Below are positions 10,191 through 22,900 of a stretch of DNA of 64,000 nucleotides, one piece after another. Location of the stretch: positions 124,001-188,000 of IMG/VR virus record IMGVR_UViG_3300049460_000128; one strand, given 5' to 3'. Both the position numbers and the translations under genes were made by a program. Under the pieces are notes generated by a model. That model did not search any database and had not been told where the DNA came from. It was given only the letters and a program-made list of their open reading frames with translations. Positions within the stretch are counted from its first letter, which is position 1. Every line of letters starts with the position of its first letter.

Positions 10191-10580
10191 ATGCGAAATA
10201 CATTCATTGGTTACAGTACAACTGGCGGAACAAAAGCTGACGGCTTTAAGCTGTACGATGTAGATTTGGTTCGCCAGGATCTCTACAATCACTTTCATAC
10301 TCGAATCGGTGAGCGCATCATGCGCCCCGATTTTGGTTGCCGTATCTGGGACTACATCATGGAACCATTTACGGAAGAAATTCGCAACCTCGCAGAAGCA
10401 GAGGTTGTTCGAATTTGCAATTCAGATTCCCGCGTGCAATTAATTGATACTCAGGTGTATAGTCAAGACAATACCCTGATCGTTGTTGCCACTCTAAATT
10501 ATCTCCCATTTAATACCGTGGAACAATTCCGACTCAATTTCGAGAATCGCCAATCCACCACTGACTCAGAAGGATTCTAA
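10191..10580 (+). CDS. 25: gp25-like baseplate wedge subunit
   Basis: TRIGERIMRPDFGCRIWDYIMEP...DSRV is the gp25/GPW signature. Confidence 0.92.
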   Translation: MRNTFIGYSTTGGTKADGFKLYDVDLVRQDLYNHFHTRIGERIMRPDFGCRIWDYIMEPFTEEIRNLAEAEVVRICNSDSRVQLIDTQVYSQDNTLIVVATLNYLPFNTVEQFRLNFENRQSTTDSEGF

Positions 10581-10582
10581 CC

Positions 10583-13500
10583 ATGGCTTCACAATCAACA
10601 CGTCAAAGCGAACTGTTCGCTGCTGAAGACTGGACGGTATTGTACCGCGCATTCACGCAAATCAACTTTAATGCCTATGACCCGGCAAGCATCAACACGG
10701 CATTGCGTGGCTATATTCAAGCCAACTATCCTGAAGAGTTCAATGACTGGAACGAGAACAGTGAATTTGTGGCTATCATTGACTTGCTGTCATGGTTGGC
10801 TGGTTCGTTGGCTTTCCGTACTGACGTCAATGCACGGGAAAACTTCCTGGAATCCGCTGAAGCACGCGAATCAGTATTGCGTCTGGCCCGCTTCCTATCA
10901 TACACGCCACGACGCGCACAATCTGCTCGTGGTCTGATTAAATTGATGTCGGTGAGCACCAATAGCCCATTGCAGGACAGCTTTGGTGTGAGTCTGAACA
11001 ATCAAACAATTCTGTGGAATGATCCGGATAATCCGGATTGGTTGGAACAATTCACCATCGTGTTGAATTCTGCTTTCCCTACTACGAATCCATTTGGTAT
11101 TCCACTGAAGACTGCCACTCTGGGTACGGCGTTAACATCACTGTACCGATTGAATTCAGATACAAATCCAAAATGCGTATATGGTTACACGGCAAAGATT
11201 GATGGTGCCTCCTATCCATTTGAGATGACCAATATCGATATTGATGCTGACTTGGGTTTCTTTGAACGTGAGCCAGATCCAAGTAATGGTTTCCACATGG
11301 TATACCGTAATGACGGTCGTGGCAACGATAGTACACGAACGGGTTTCTTCATGTTGTTCAAACAAGGATCACTCAATACATTGAATGTTGGTATAGCAAA
11401 TCCAATTGAAAATCGTTTGATCGACGTATCAACTACTGGTATCTCGGAGACTGATATCTGGACACAGACATTGAATTCTGATTCAACGATTGCAACGCAC
11501 TGGACTAAAGTGCCAGCGATCTTCAGTGAGAATATTACCTTCAACAATATCTCACCTGAAATTCGTGATATTTTCAGTGTGATTACTCGTGATCAAGATC
11601 GGGTATCGTTGCGCTTTGGTGACGGTCGTTTCGGTAATGTGCCAGTCGGCGACATTAGGATTTGGTATCGTGTCGTAAATGGTCTGCAATATCAAGTGCG
11701 GCCGCGTGACATGAGCGATGTAACGATCAATATTCCATATACGGATTCCAGTGGTCGTTCATACACATTGACAATGACATTCAACCTTCAGGAAAATGTC
11801 AACAACGCCGTGGGTCCGGAAGATCTGGAACAAATTCGTCGTCGTGCCCCACAGGTTTATGGCGCACAGAATCGTATGGTATCTGGGGAAGACTACAATG
11901 TTTTCCCATTGAGTTCCAACAATGTCATCAAGATGCGAGCCGTTAATCGAGTATATTCGGGCCACAGCCGTTTCCTGGATATCAATGATCCAACATCCAC
12001 ATATCAGGACACGGTTGTCTATAGTGATGATGGCGCCATGTATAAAGAAGACATCAGCCGTTATTTGCAAGTGCCAGTAGGTACGATATCAAACGAGCAA
12101 ATTGTATCGAGAAAAATTCAACCGATGTTGGATGATGTTTCGGTGCGTGATTACTTCAATGATATTTTTGTAGGCAGCAACCCAACATACGGCGCGGCGT
12201 TCGTGCCATATGGCACGGGTGCGAATCCTTTGGTATGGCGTTCAACTGCTGGGCTGGGCTTCAATGGCCGTGGCTATTTGCAAGTGACCTTGGATCCGGT
12301 AACGCATGCTGATCCATTGGATGAGTTCATGCCTTACTTCACCACTAATGCGTTGATTAAATTCCGCGTTACGGATGTTGATACCAACACGAGTAAATTC
12401 GTATGGGCAAAAGTATCAAGCACTGACGTTTACGATTACAACAAGGATACAATTAAGGCAGCAGGTAGTGTGGTAATTCTCAATGAAACAATTCCGGATG
12501 GTTCCGTTATTGTGAAAATTATTCCACCATTCCGTGCGACCTTGGACTCGCGTGCAATAGTGGAATTAAATGGTGAGTCAGAAACACTCATTATGCAAAA
12601 CTTGATTGCTGCTAAACGACCATTCAATCTCTGGTATATTCCTAGCCAGAAAAGTCATTTGGTCTATGGCACACAATTTGATATTGCGGGGCGTTGGGTT
12701 GCACAAGATCTCAGTGCCACTCGTCCATCCCCGGATGCTATTTTGGTAATGCAAGCAAGCTATACGAATGGTCTGTATTGGGCATTTGAAGTATTGGTTG
12801 GTCGTCGTTACATCTTCGAGAGTCTCAAGACTGTTCGTTGGCATGATCTTCAAGATCACAAAGTCCTTGATGCGACAACTGGCACACAGAAGCGCGACAC
12901 CATTAAACTGATTGCCAGTAAGCTCATGCCCGTAATTGATGCTAATACGGGAAAAGTAAAAATTGTGAATGGTAATTACCAATTTGTAACGCAAGATATT
13001 AATATTTCGTTCGACATTGTGGACAATGTATATGACCCTGACGGTTATCCTGTCTTCAAACGCATTGTGGTGTCACCTACTGACACAGACGACGATGGCT
13101 CGGTGGATAACCCAGAAGCATTCCAGGACGTGCTTGCGTTGACACCAGCAGCCACAAACGGTGAAGTTCGTCTGGTTAAGTTTGCATTGGATACAAACAG
13201 TAGTTTCAATTCGTGGGTTCCGCTCGCCGCTGACCTCCAGGATGGCTATGGTGACCCTGAAGCTTTGCCGGCAATGACAAGAGTGGGTGTACCTAACTTG
13301 AGTTTCCAATGGAAACACTATGCTGACAATGACATCAGGATCGATCCAGCAATAACGAACATCATTGACGTATTTGTCCTGACATCTGAGTATGATTTCT
13401 TGGTACGTCAATGGATTGCAGCAGGTAGTATTGAAGATGATGTGCCTGATGTACCAAGTGATTTGGATTTGAAATTAGCATTCCAGGATTTTGAACAATA

Positions 13501-13912
13501 CAAAATGTTTAGTGATCAATTGGTATGGCGTCCAGTTCAATACAAATACTTGTTTGGTAACATGGCACAAGATGAATTGAAAGCACAATTTAAGATCGTG
13601 AAATTGCCCAATAGTACGCTGAGTGATGGCGAAATTCGCAGTAAGGTAATCACCACGATCAACGATTACTTTGATGTAAATAAGTGGGAATTTGGAGAGA
13701 CATTCTTCTTCACCGAATTGGCAGCATACATTCACTTGCAGCTCGCCACTGCGATTAGTAGTGTGGCATTGGTTCCACTCTCACAAGATGGTAAATTTGG
13801 TGAATTGTTTGAGATTCGTAGCGGAAGCAACGAAGTCTTCATAAGTACAGCACAAGTAAGTGACATCATTATTATCGATAGTAATTCGATGTCGAACCTC
13901 AGGATTTCATAA
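10583..13912 (+). CDS. 6: gp6-like baseplate wedge subunit
   Basis: NARENFLESAEARESVLRLARFLSY, LRFGDGRFGNVP, EDLEQIRRRAPQVYGAQNRMVSGEDY. Confidence 0.9.
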   Translation: MASQSTRQSELFAAEDWTVLYRAFTQINFNAYDPASINTALRGYIQANYPEEFNDWNENSEFVAIIDLLSWLAGSLAFRTDVNARENFLESAEARESVLRLARFLSYTPRRAQSARGLIKLMSVSTNSPLQDSFGVSLNNQTILWNDPDNPDWLEQFTIVLNSAFPTTNPFGIPLKTATLGTALTSLYRLNSDTNPKCVYGYTAKIDGASYPFEMTNIDIDADLGFFEREPDPSNGFHMVYRNDGRGNDSTRTGFFMLFKQGSLNTLNVGIANPIENRLIDVSTTGISETDIWTQTLNSDSTIATHWTKVPAIFSENITFNNISPEIRDIFSVITRDQDRVSLRFGDGRFGNVPVGDIRIWYRVVNGLQYQVRPRDMSDVTINIPYTDSSGRSYTLTMTFNLQENVNNAVGPEDLEQIRRRAPQVYGAQNRMVSGEDYNVFPLSSNNVIKMRAVNRVYSGHSRFLDINDPTSTYQDTVVYSDDGAMYKEDISRYLQVPVGTISNEQIVSRKIQPMLDDVSVRDYFNDIFVGSNPTYGAAFVPYGTGANPLVWRSTAGLGFNGRGYLQVTLDPVTHADPLDEFMPYFTTNALIKFRVTDVDTNTSKFVWAKVSSTDVYDYNKDTIKAAGSVVILNETIPDGSVIVKIIPPFRATLDSRAIVELNGESETLIMQNLIAAKRPFNLWYIPSQKSHLVYGTQFDIAGRWVAQDLSATRPSPDAILVMQASYTNGLYWAFEVLVGRRYIFESLKTVRWHDLQDHKVLDATTGTQKRDTIKLIASKLMPVIDANTGKVKIVNGNYQFVTQDINISFDIVDNVYDPDGYPVFKRIVVSPTDTDDDGSVDNPEAFQDVLALTPAATNGEVRLVKFALDTNSSFNSWVPLAADLQDGYGDPEALPAMTRVGVPNLSFQWKHYADNDIRIDPAITNIIDVFVLTSEYDFLVRQWIAAGSIEDDVPDVPSDLDLKLAFQDFEQYKMFSDQLVWRPVQYKYLFGNMAQDELKAQFKIVKLPNSTLSDGEIRSKVITTINDYFDVNKWEFGETFFFTELAAYIHLQLATAISSVALVPLSQDGKFGELFEIRSGSNEVFISTAQVSDIIIIDSNSMSNLRIS

Positions 13913-16900
13913 TGACTAAAAGACGTTTCATTACCCAGTTACCATACGTAAATCAGACTTCAGAGCTGCGCAAGTTCTTTAGTCAAACGATTGATCAAGT
14001 ATTCCAACCGGGTGAAACACAAAGCATCAACGCTTTCATTGGTAAGAAACCATCTTACTACAATGCAGCACGAGATTTCTACAAGCCTGAAATCTCGGCT
14101 GAGCGTGCGTTCTATCAGCTGGAACCAGCGATGACGACCACGACGTCAACAGACGGATCGTTTGACGATCTTTTGTTCTATCCTGACGTCGTAAATCAAT
14201 TGCGTTTCCAGGGTGCAAACACGACCAACCACAGCCGTTTGTTCAATACTGATTACTACACTTGGTGCCCGCCAGTAAACATTCGCAAGTTGGACGCATA
14301 CCGGGAATATTACTGGTTGCCAGATGGTCCACCCATTCAACTGTATGATGTTCCAGTAGCTGGCGCATATGCGACTTATACGGGTGATGGTTTCAATAAG
14401 ACCTTCAAGATTCCTTACCAGGTTTCTGGTTTGAATGACGGTATTATTGTTGAAATTAACGGCGTGCATGTGCCTATTACCGATTACGATATCGTTGATG
14501 GTAATGTGGTTCTGCATAGTCTTACTACCACTACGCCAAATGTACCAGCTCCTGGCGTTAATGATACCGTGTTGATTATCGGCAATTCGTCGTATCGTAC
14601 AAATGGTACCCTGAATTCGTTCCTGGTGCCTAAGATCATTCCAGATTCCGTAGAAGACATGATCGTCATGATCGACGACGAGGTTATTCTCAATGGCTTC
14701 ATTTGGGATGGCAATTTAAATGATGGTCTGTTGGCTGACGGCAATGATCCCGTGGGTTTGATTGATGGTAATATTCAGGTCAGCTACACGATTACCAATG
14801 GCGTATTGTCATTCAGTGAAGTAGTGCCTGCTGGCCATCAGGTTCGTATCTGGATGAATGCGTACTTCAAACAGAATATTGTGGGTAAGAGTACCTACAT
14901 GTATCCAGTCAGCGCAATCACATATGCGTTGGAAACCATTACTGAACAATACAGCGACCCATCCGACCCTTCCATCATCTTGACTCGTCGAGTGTTGAAG
15001 AAGTATCCGGAAAAGACCTTGCCTTTGCCACCAGCATTGACGCAAGATATGCGTATTCAAATCAACGACAACGAGGGGCTGAACACCTATCAGGTTAACA
15101 TCGTTGATGGTGTGATCGAATTGCAATTGGTCAGTGAACTGATTGCAATTGATCAACACGATCCAATGTATATCCTGATTGAACGTAATGCAACCAATCA
15201 AAATGAATGGTCTACCCGTAATCACTGGTATAACCGTGAAGTACTGATCTACGGCGATTCCACGTATCAGCCAGTTCAAGCCACTCGTCCAATTTTGGAA
15301 TACTTCAACAACGTCCAATTGTTCAATTACGGCGCGTACCTGCGCGCACCTGTTGATTTGGTATTGGATGATACCGACATTGCATTGATCAATCCGAGTG
15401 CTGATGGCTACTCGTACGATATCAATATGACGTACGATGGCACGAAGCCATACGACACCATTTTGGTTGAAGGGTTGTTGGACTCTGACCTCACAATTCC
15501 AGCAGTGACTCGTGATCCTGTCCAGGAGGCGATCGACGGCGTTGCACACTTACCTTTGATTCATGGCACGTACATTCGCCCAGGCACTCGTATTCTGGTT
15601 ACTGACAATTTCGATCCATCGGTTAAAAACAATATCGCGGTTGCCCGCACTTACACGCTTACAACCCCATACGATCCAGATGAGGCCGCGGTTGTCTCCA
15701 ACTTCGATGCTGATAATCTGTGGGACAGTGTTGAAATGCTGACGTTTGATATCGAACAAACGCACGCATTGGATCAAGTAAAGCTTAACGGTACCACGAA
15801 ACAATACTGGTCAACTGGTGCCGCGTGGAAAGAAATTTCCTATTTCGTGGGCCAAGAGCCACTGTTCGACTTGTTCGATCGTAACGGCATATCGCTGAGT
15901 GACACAACAACATATCCAGCCGCTACATTTGCGGGCTCGAAGATCTTCACATACGAGCGTGATGCTACGTCAGCCCTTGACACTGTATTGAATCTGAATG
16001 TTACTCGTAACAAATATGGTCTGATTGAATTCAGAGACCACCTTGCGACTGACACGTGGACTTACCGTAATAACACGGTGCAGGGCTACACATACTTTGG
16101 TATGAGTCAAATCAATAATGCGATGGCGTCATTGACCAAACGTAATAACTGGTACTCGGCTGGTACAACCAGCCAAACGGTTAATGCTGATGGTTTGTAT
16201 TCTATTCCTACCAATCTGCAAGCCAATCCGGCGAATAAAGAGATTGAGATTATTGCCCCGAATGACTGGAAAGCACAGTTCAATGAATTGCTCGCGGGTA
16301 GCAATTGGAATCAGTCCAGTGACCAATTCAATTTGAGTTTGGGTTCGCACATTATTCAAAGTCGTGGTACCATGTTGAAAACCATGTTGCTGAGTAGTGA
16401 CACGAATCTGGACTTTATCAAGGCTGCTATCTACAACGAACACGAATACACTCGTTATCGTTTGAAGCTCGTCAACCTGTTGAAGCAATACGAAATTCAA
16501 ACTGGTTTGCAGGATATCCCAACCGCACTGACTGACATCATGAAACAATTGAAGTCAGCCAAGACCTCTGACTTCCCGTTCTACAACAACGGCGTAATTG
16601 GTGAATACTTCATTCCAGCATCGCCTGCATACTTGGGTATGACCTCGTTGTGGAAACCTGAATTGATTCTGGAAATAGGTCGTACTGGATCAATCATTCT
16701 GATCCGTGGCCACGATGGTTCCATTACTCCAGGGGCAAGTCGTTTCAATACCAAGACAATCACGATGACGCAGGATACGTCAGGCGCATACACGCTGACT
16801 GATTCTATGATCAGTGATCCGTCATTGCAACCAACTGTCGACTCCAAGGATTTGGCGTTGTTGGCATTTGAGCAAATGTACCACGATAGCACGATGACTG

Positions 16901-19900
16901 ACTTGCAAGTACAGCGTCGTCCGGTATTTGACATCCGTACATTCACTCCAAGCAAATTCCGCACAACTGAATACACTCGTGATGAATACTTGTCTATTGC
17001 CCGTCCAATCTTTGAACGTTGGGTAACCAAGACATCGCTGCGCTATCGTGAAAATACCATCTACGACGAGAACAACAAATTCACGTGGAACTACCGTGCA
17101 TTGACTGACATTGACGGCAATGCAGTCCCAGGCTTCTGGCGCGGTATGTATCAGTATTACTTTGACACCGATCGCCCGCATACGCACCCATGGGAAATGC
17201 TGGGCTTCACCAGCAAGCCACAATGGTGGGATAGCGCGTATTCTTGGACTGATGCTACCAAACGTCAAGCCCTCATCGATGCGCTTACCATGGGGCTGGT
17301 ATCGAGTCCTACAGCTATTGCTGAATACGATCCTACCTTTGCTCGTGGTGCAATCATGGATCCAACTACGCATGCGATCATTCGTCATGGTATCGAATCG
17401 TTCGTTCCAGTTGATGTGAATGGTAAACTGTTGAATCCATTTGAATGCGGCATCGTTGTTGAAGATCCGTACACTGACTACTCGGGTGACTGGGAATTTG
17501 GTGACCAAGCTCCAGTTGAATATCAGTGGGCGAGTGGCGTAAGTCGCGGCTTCATCGAGACTCAATTGTCGTACCTCATGAAGCCAGTTAAATTCCTGGA
17601 ATCGAATTGGGAAACTGCCGACGAGATCGAAGTGAACGGTTACGACTGGGTTAGTAAGACAACCGGTCGTCGCACACAGATTTCCGACTACATGATTCAC
17701 AATGAAATTGTGAGCAATGCGGCTGTGCGAGTATTGGGTCTGCAAACCTGGTTGTCAGACTATCTGCGTTCAACGGGTAAAGATGTGACTGCATACCTGG
17801 GTGATCGTGTACGTGGCCTTGGTGTTAACTTGGCTCACAAACTGGGTGGCTTCATTGATGCTGCTAGCCTGAACACCTTCACGGAAAATACTGGTTTGAT
17901 TCCACAAGAGGATGTCAAAACGGTAACCTACAACTCACCAAGTATCAGGGAAGAATTTTACGGCGGCGTGATCGTCCAATGGACTGGTCGCGGCTGGAAA
18001 GTTATGGGCTATGACGTGGTTGATCCAGCATTCAAGATTTTGCCTGTCGATCCAAATGGTAAAAAAGCTCGTGTCAATCTGGATGACGTCCAGGAAACCT
18101 CGGTTAACGATTGGCATCAAAATACCTACTACCAGATTTCGGTTGTGATTCTTTACAACGGCAACACGTATCGTTGTTTGAAAACGCACACGAGTGCGAA
18201 AGGATTTGAACCACAATTCTGGGTTGTTGACAATACGGTTTCACACGACACCGTCACGTCATTGCTGTTTTACGGCAACCACTTCACTGATGTTGAACGT
18301 GTGCCGTACAATACCGAGTTCTACTCCAAACAAGATGTGGCGGACTTCCTGTCAGGCTATCAGGCTTATTTGGTAAGTCGCGGTTGGGTATTTGATCAGT
18401 ATGACAACAATCAAAACACGGTTCTGGATTGGAAATACTCCACGAAAGAATTCCTGGCATGGACTCAAGTTCGTTGGAGTGCAAACACTTTCATCGCATT
18501 GAGCCCTGCTGCTACTCAACTGAAATTTGCAAGTGCCCATGGTACGATCCAAAATGTCGAACAATTGGTAAACGGCGTCTACAGTCTGTTGGGTAAAACC
18601 GGCCAAGCAATCGACAAACGTAATGTGTCTGCTGATCGTACCGACGATGGTATTACGGTAACGGTTGTGAATGATGCCATTTATGGTTTGCGTGTGAGTG
18701 TGAATGAAATCGAACAAGCGATTGTATTCCACAACAAGACTATTTTCAATGACGTTATCTACGAACCATTGTTTGACGTGCGTCAGAACCGTCTGCGTAT
18801 TATCACCCTGTTGACTACTGACTGGGCAGGTAAATTGGATGCGCCTGGTTTCATTATTGCTGACAACCAAGTGTTGCCAAGCTTTGAGAAACAAGTCGAA
18901 GACCTGCGCAATATGTACGACATTGAGAAGACAATCAATCTGCCATTGCGTGAAAATGCACAGCACCAGATTGGTTATCAGAATCGAACATACTTGGAAC
19001 AGTTGATGTTCAACGAAGTCAACCAGTTTGAATTCTATCAGGGTATGATTCAGCAGAAAGGTGCGCCTGGCGTATTCAACAAGCTGCTGCGTAATGACGA
19101 ACTGACTCAGTCGCGCAATTTGTCATTCTTGGAAGAATGGGCATTCCGTACTGGCGAATACGGCGGTACTGATATTAACTCGTTCTTTGAAGTTGAATTA
19201 ACTAAAGCGGATATTCAGCAGGATCCGCAACTGGTTGTATTCCGCCAAGCTGATTCATACTGGGATTTGGGTGACTTTGATAGTGAACCAACCTTACCTG
19301 CTGGTCAGTGCTTCGAGGTAGGTGTTCCCGCTAATGTTGACCCAACCAAACTCAGCTCCATGGATCCAGATGATTCAGTGGTTGAGTTGGTGTCAATCAA
19401 AGACGTCTACGATAGCCGTATCATTATGCCATACAACGGCACGCCATTTATCTTTGACAAATCGTATCTGCCTAAGAAAGGCGGCATGCCTACTGCTGGC
19501 TATGTGCGTACCGATGAAGCAACTTGGATGGCTCCAACCATTGCAAACTTCAACAAGCAGATCTTGGCTTCACCATCAAACCTGTCTCTGTCGCAACGTG
19601 TATGGATCTACAACACGGGCTTGGGTGACTGGGCAATGTATCGTGCAAGCCAGGCAAGTGCCACGGGTGCAAATCAGATCGTATCAATCTGGCCTGATGC
19701 CTATGGTATCAAGGTTGTATTCGCACAGCCACATAATTTGGCGGTTGGTGACATGGTTTACTTCAACAAGCTCATCAATGCCGTACAGGGCCCAGGCGGT
19801 ATCAATGTTGTTAATCGTACCATATTGGAAGATACTGATCTTGACGCATACTCGATCATTATTGATGGCGACATCATCAGTAAGCACGAGTACATTGATG

Positions 19901-22900
19901 AAGATCAACCAGCGGTATTGAAACTGTTCAATGTTCGTCAAGAGGTGACCGATCCAGCAATCATCACCGCGAATGCACTTACGATGAGTCAAGTGTTGGC
20001 CGCAGGTGTGACTCTGCCAGCTGGTGGTCTACTGTCGAATGAACTGTTGTACTTGGATTTGGCTCCAAGTGTGGCCATTGGACTGAGTTCTACTGTTGAA
20101 CGTTGGCGTGTGTTTATCTGGGATAGTATCGCACAAGTATTCCAGAAATACCGCACTCAACCACAACGTGTTCGCAGCGATTTGATTCGTGATGTTCGCA
20201 TCTTCGATACAACGGCTACTCGCACCAAACGTACCCTGAATGCTTATCCATTGTTGAACCAAGACATCCTGATTTTCGACCCAATTCAAGGTCTGATCCC
20301 AGGTGTGGCCAACAAGGAGGTCATGTACAAACTGGAAAGCGATCCTGCTCTCTACAATGTTGGTCCAGACGTTACTGAAATTGGTTTCGACTGGGGCGAT
20401 ACACAAGTGGGTCAACTGTGGTGGGATATGAGCACTACTCGCTTCTTGGAGTATGCAACCGATGATACGACTGATGATTCAGTGCGCATCACTGAATTGC
20501 ATTCCTTGATTGATCAGCAGCGTGCCACAGTCGGTCAATTGATTGCTGCATGGATTCCACAACCAGGTCAAACGACTGCCTATGACGATCCTAGTGTCAT
20601 GGCCGCGCAAGCTGTATTGAATCAACTATTTGATCAAGTGACTGACCGTCAAAGTGAAATCGATCGTGAAATCAAATACCGTAAAGACAATTGGGGTGGT
20701 TTGGCACCAAACTCATCCATCGATATCTACGAATGGATTCGTAGTGACTTGTCACCAAGCGATTACACGGCTGCGGCAACAGCCGGCACCAACCCAGACC
20801 TGTACGACGGTACAGTGTTGAATGCTGATGATCCAAAATGGGTTGAAGCAACTGTCTGGAATGAACTGCTTGGTACAGATCAGACCATCTATTACTTCTG
20901 GGTTAAAGGCCGTAAGACAATTCCAAGTCACAAAGACTTCCGTTCAATGTCGGCAGCAAGTGTTGCATCTATCCTGACAAACCCAGCAGATGCGGGCTTA
21001 TCGTGGGTTGCTCCGATTGCAGACAATGCCTTCGTGATCACTGGCGTACTGGAAACACTCAACACCACATCAAGCATTCAATTCAAGGTTGCTACCGTGG
21101 ATAGTGAAGTACCACGTCACGTTGAATGGGAAATCATGCGTGAAGGTGACGAACGTAGCGTACCAACCCTGCAACTGTGGAATAAACTCACACAGTCATT
21201 GACTGGTCGTGACTACAAGGGTAATTCGCTTCCAAGCGAAAGCCGTTATGTGACTGATCGTATTGGCTTCGATGTTGAACACGGTCAATCCCTGTTCAGC
21301 AACTTGACGAATGCCCGTAAACACTTGGTGCAATACTTGAACCGATTGTTCAGTGGCATCCTTATTGTTGACGAACGTCGTGACTTGAGTGTTCTGAACG
21401 TAAGCGATATGGATTCACAAGTATTGCAATGGTACCAGAAACAGGACTCATACTTCCATCAGCCGTTGCCTGATTCGCGCCTGTACAACCGCACATTCTA
21501 TACACAGGCTGACTTTGAAGATTACATCAATTCGATTGTCAACAACCTGAATACGGTTGGTTTGGTATCGCATTCAAATCGTGAAGATTCGTTCTGGTCG
21601 GTTATGGTCGCCGAGTCGACTACGCCACAATACAATGATGATGGTTCCATTATTCCATCAGGCACTACATTGGCTACCTTGTGGGATATTGAAGTAGACA
21701 CCATGGCCGAACTGCATGCCTTGTTGCCAACGGTTGATGTTACGAAGAAAGTTAAAGTCAATGGTTCGGATGATACTGGTGGCTTTGCAACCATTTGGCA
21801 ATCAAACTCGGACCGTACGGCGTTCAATCTGGTTACCACTCAGCAGTTCAAGAGCACTGACCTGTTTGACTATGTGGATTGGTATGCGACTGGCTATGTG
21901 GCCACGAACCCACCAATTCTGTCATTCCAGAACACGATCATTCGTGACGAGCAATTGGGCACTAGCCCAACAACAACCTTTGTTAAGATCTTGGATGACG
22001 GCAAAGGTCGTTGGGCATGGATGCAATACACTGATGGCACCTGGTTCACTGTAGCCAAACAAAACGGCACTATTCAGTTGACTGATGCTGTATGGAAAAA
22101 CACCGGCAACCTGTTGCCAGCATTCGCCACTCTGCCAGCTGACTTTGCAGCTCAGGTAACTGGTCGTGACCTGGGTTACGAATTGAATGCGTTCCTGAAC
22201 GGCATGCGTGACTACATCATGACCAGCACTGAGATCAACAACATGTTCTTCAGTATGGTTTCATACGTGCATACCGAACAAAGCTCGATTGACTGGTGCT
22301 TCAAGACATCGTTCATGTACGTTACTGGTTACACGGAAAAACTGCTGCAAGATCCAGTCGCATACGTGGATCGTACAAGCAACTTGTTGGAATACATCAA
22401 CGAGGTTAAACCGTACCACGTCAAGGTTCGTGACTTCATCAGCAAATACGGTGTTCAGGACACAGCAAACACCAAGGTCACTGACTTCGATTTGCCAGTC
22501 TACTATGATACTCGTTTGAGCAAGTTCCGTACCCTGAATCCATCGGTTGCATCTGATGTGGCTATCATGAAGGGTGGCGTGTGGAATGATTGGTACCAGC
22601 AATACCTGCGCAACGACAACCAGTTCGCACGTAAACTGAATATCACTATCGGTCGTTACGAGTTTGATAATACGGATGGTCAGATCATCAACGAAACAGC
22701 TCGTCTGAGTGTTGCTGAAAGTATTCGTGTACGCCTGTTCCGTCGTGGTGATGTGGGTGCATCACCAACCATGAGTCAACTGCAAACTACTTCAACGGGC
22801 GTGAATTTGATCTTGGATCAGGTTGCTCCAGAATCTGGTTCAATTGCCGTATTTGCTGATGGTTTGCGTGTTGATCCAGCAGTCGTTACGTTCGACCCAT

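Noticed and set aside
4452-13912. Bacterial eCIS, tailocin or T6SS locus
   Set aside because: Flanked by gp46/47, gp55, T4-type late promoters and phage nucleotide-metabolism genes, so it is a phage baseplate module.
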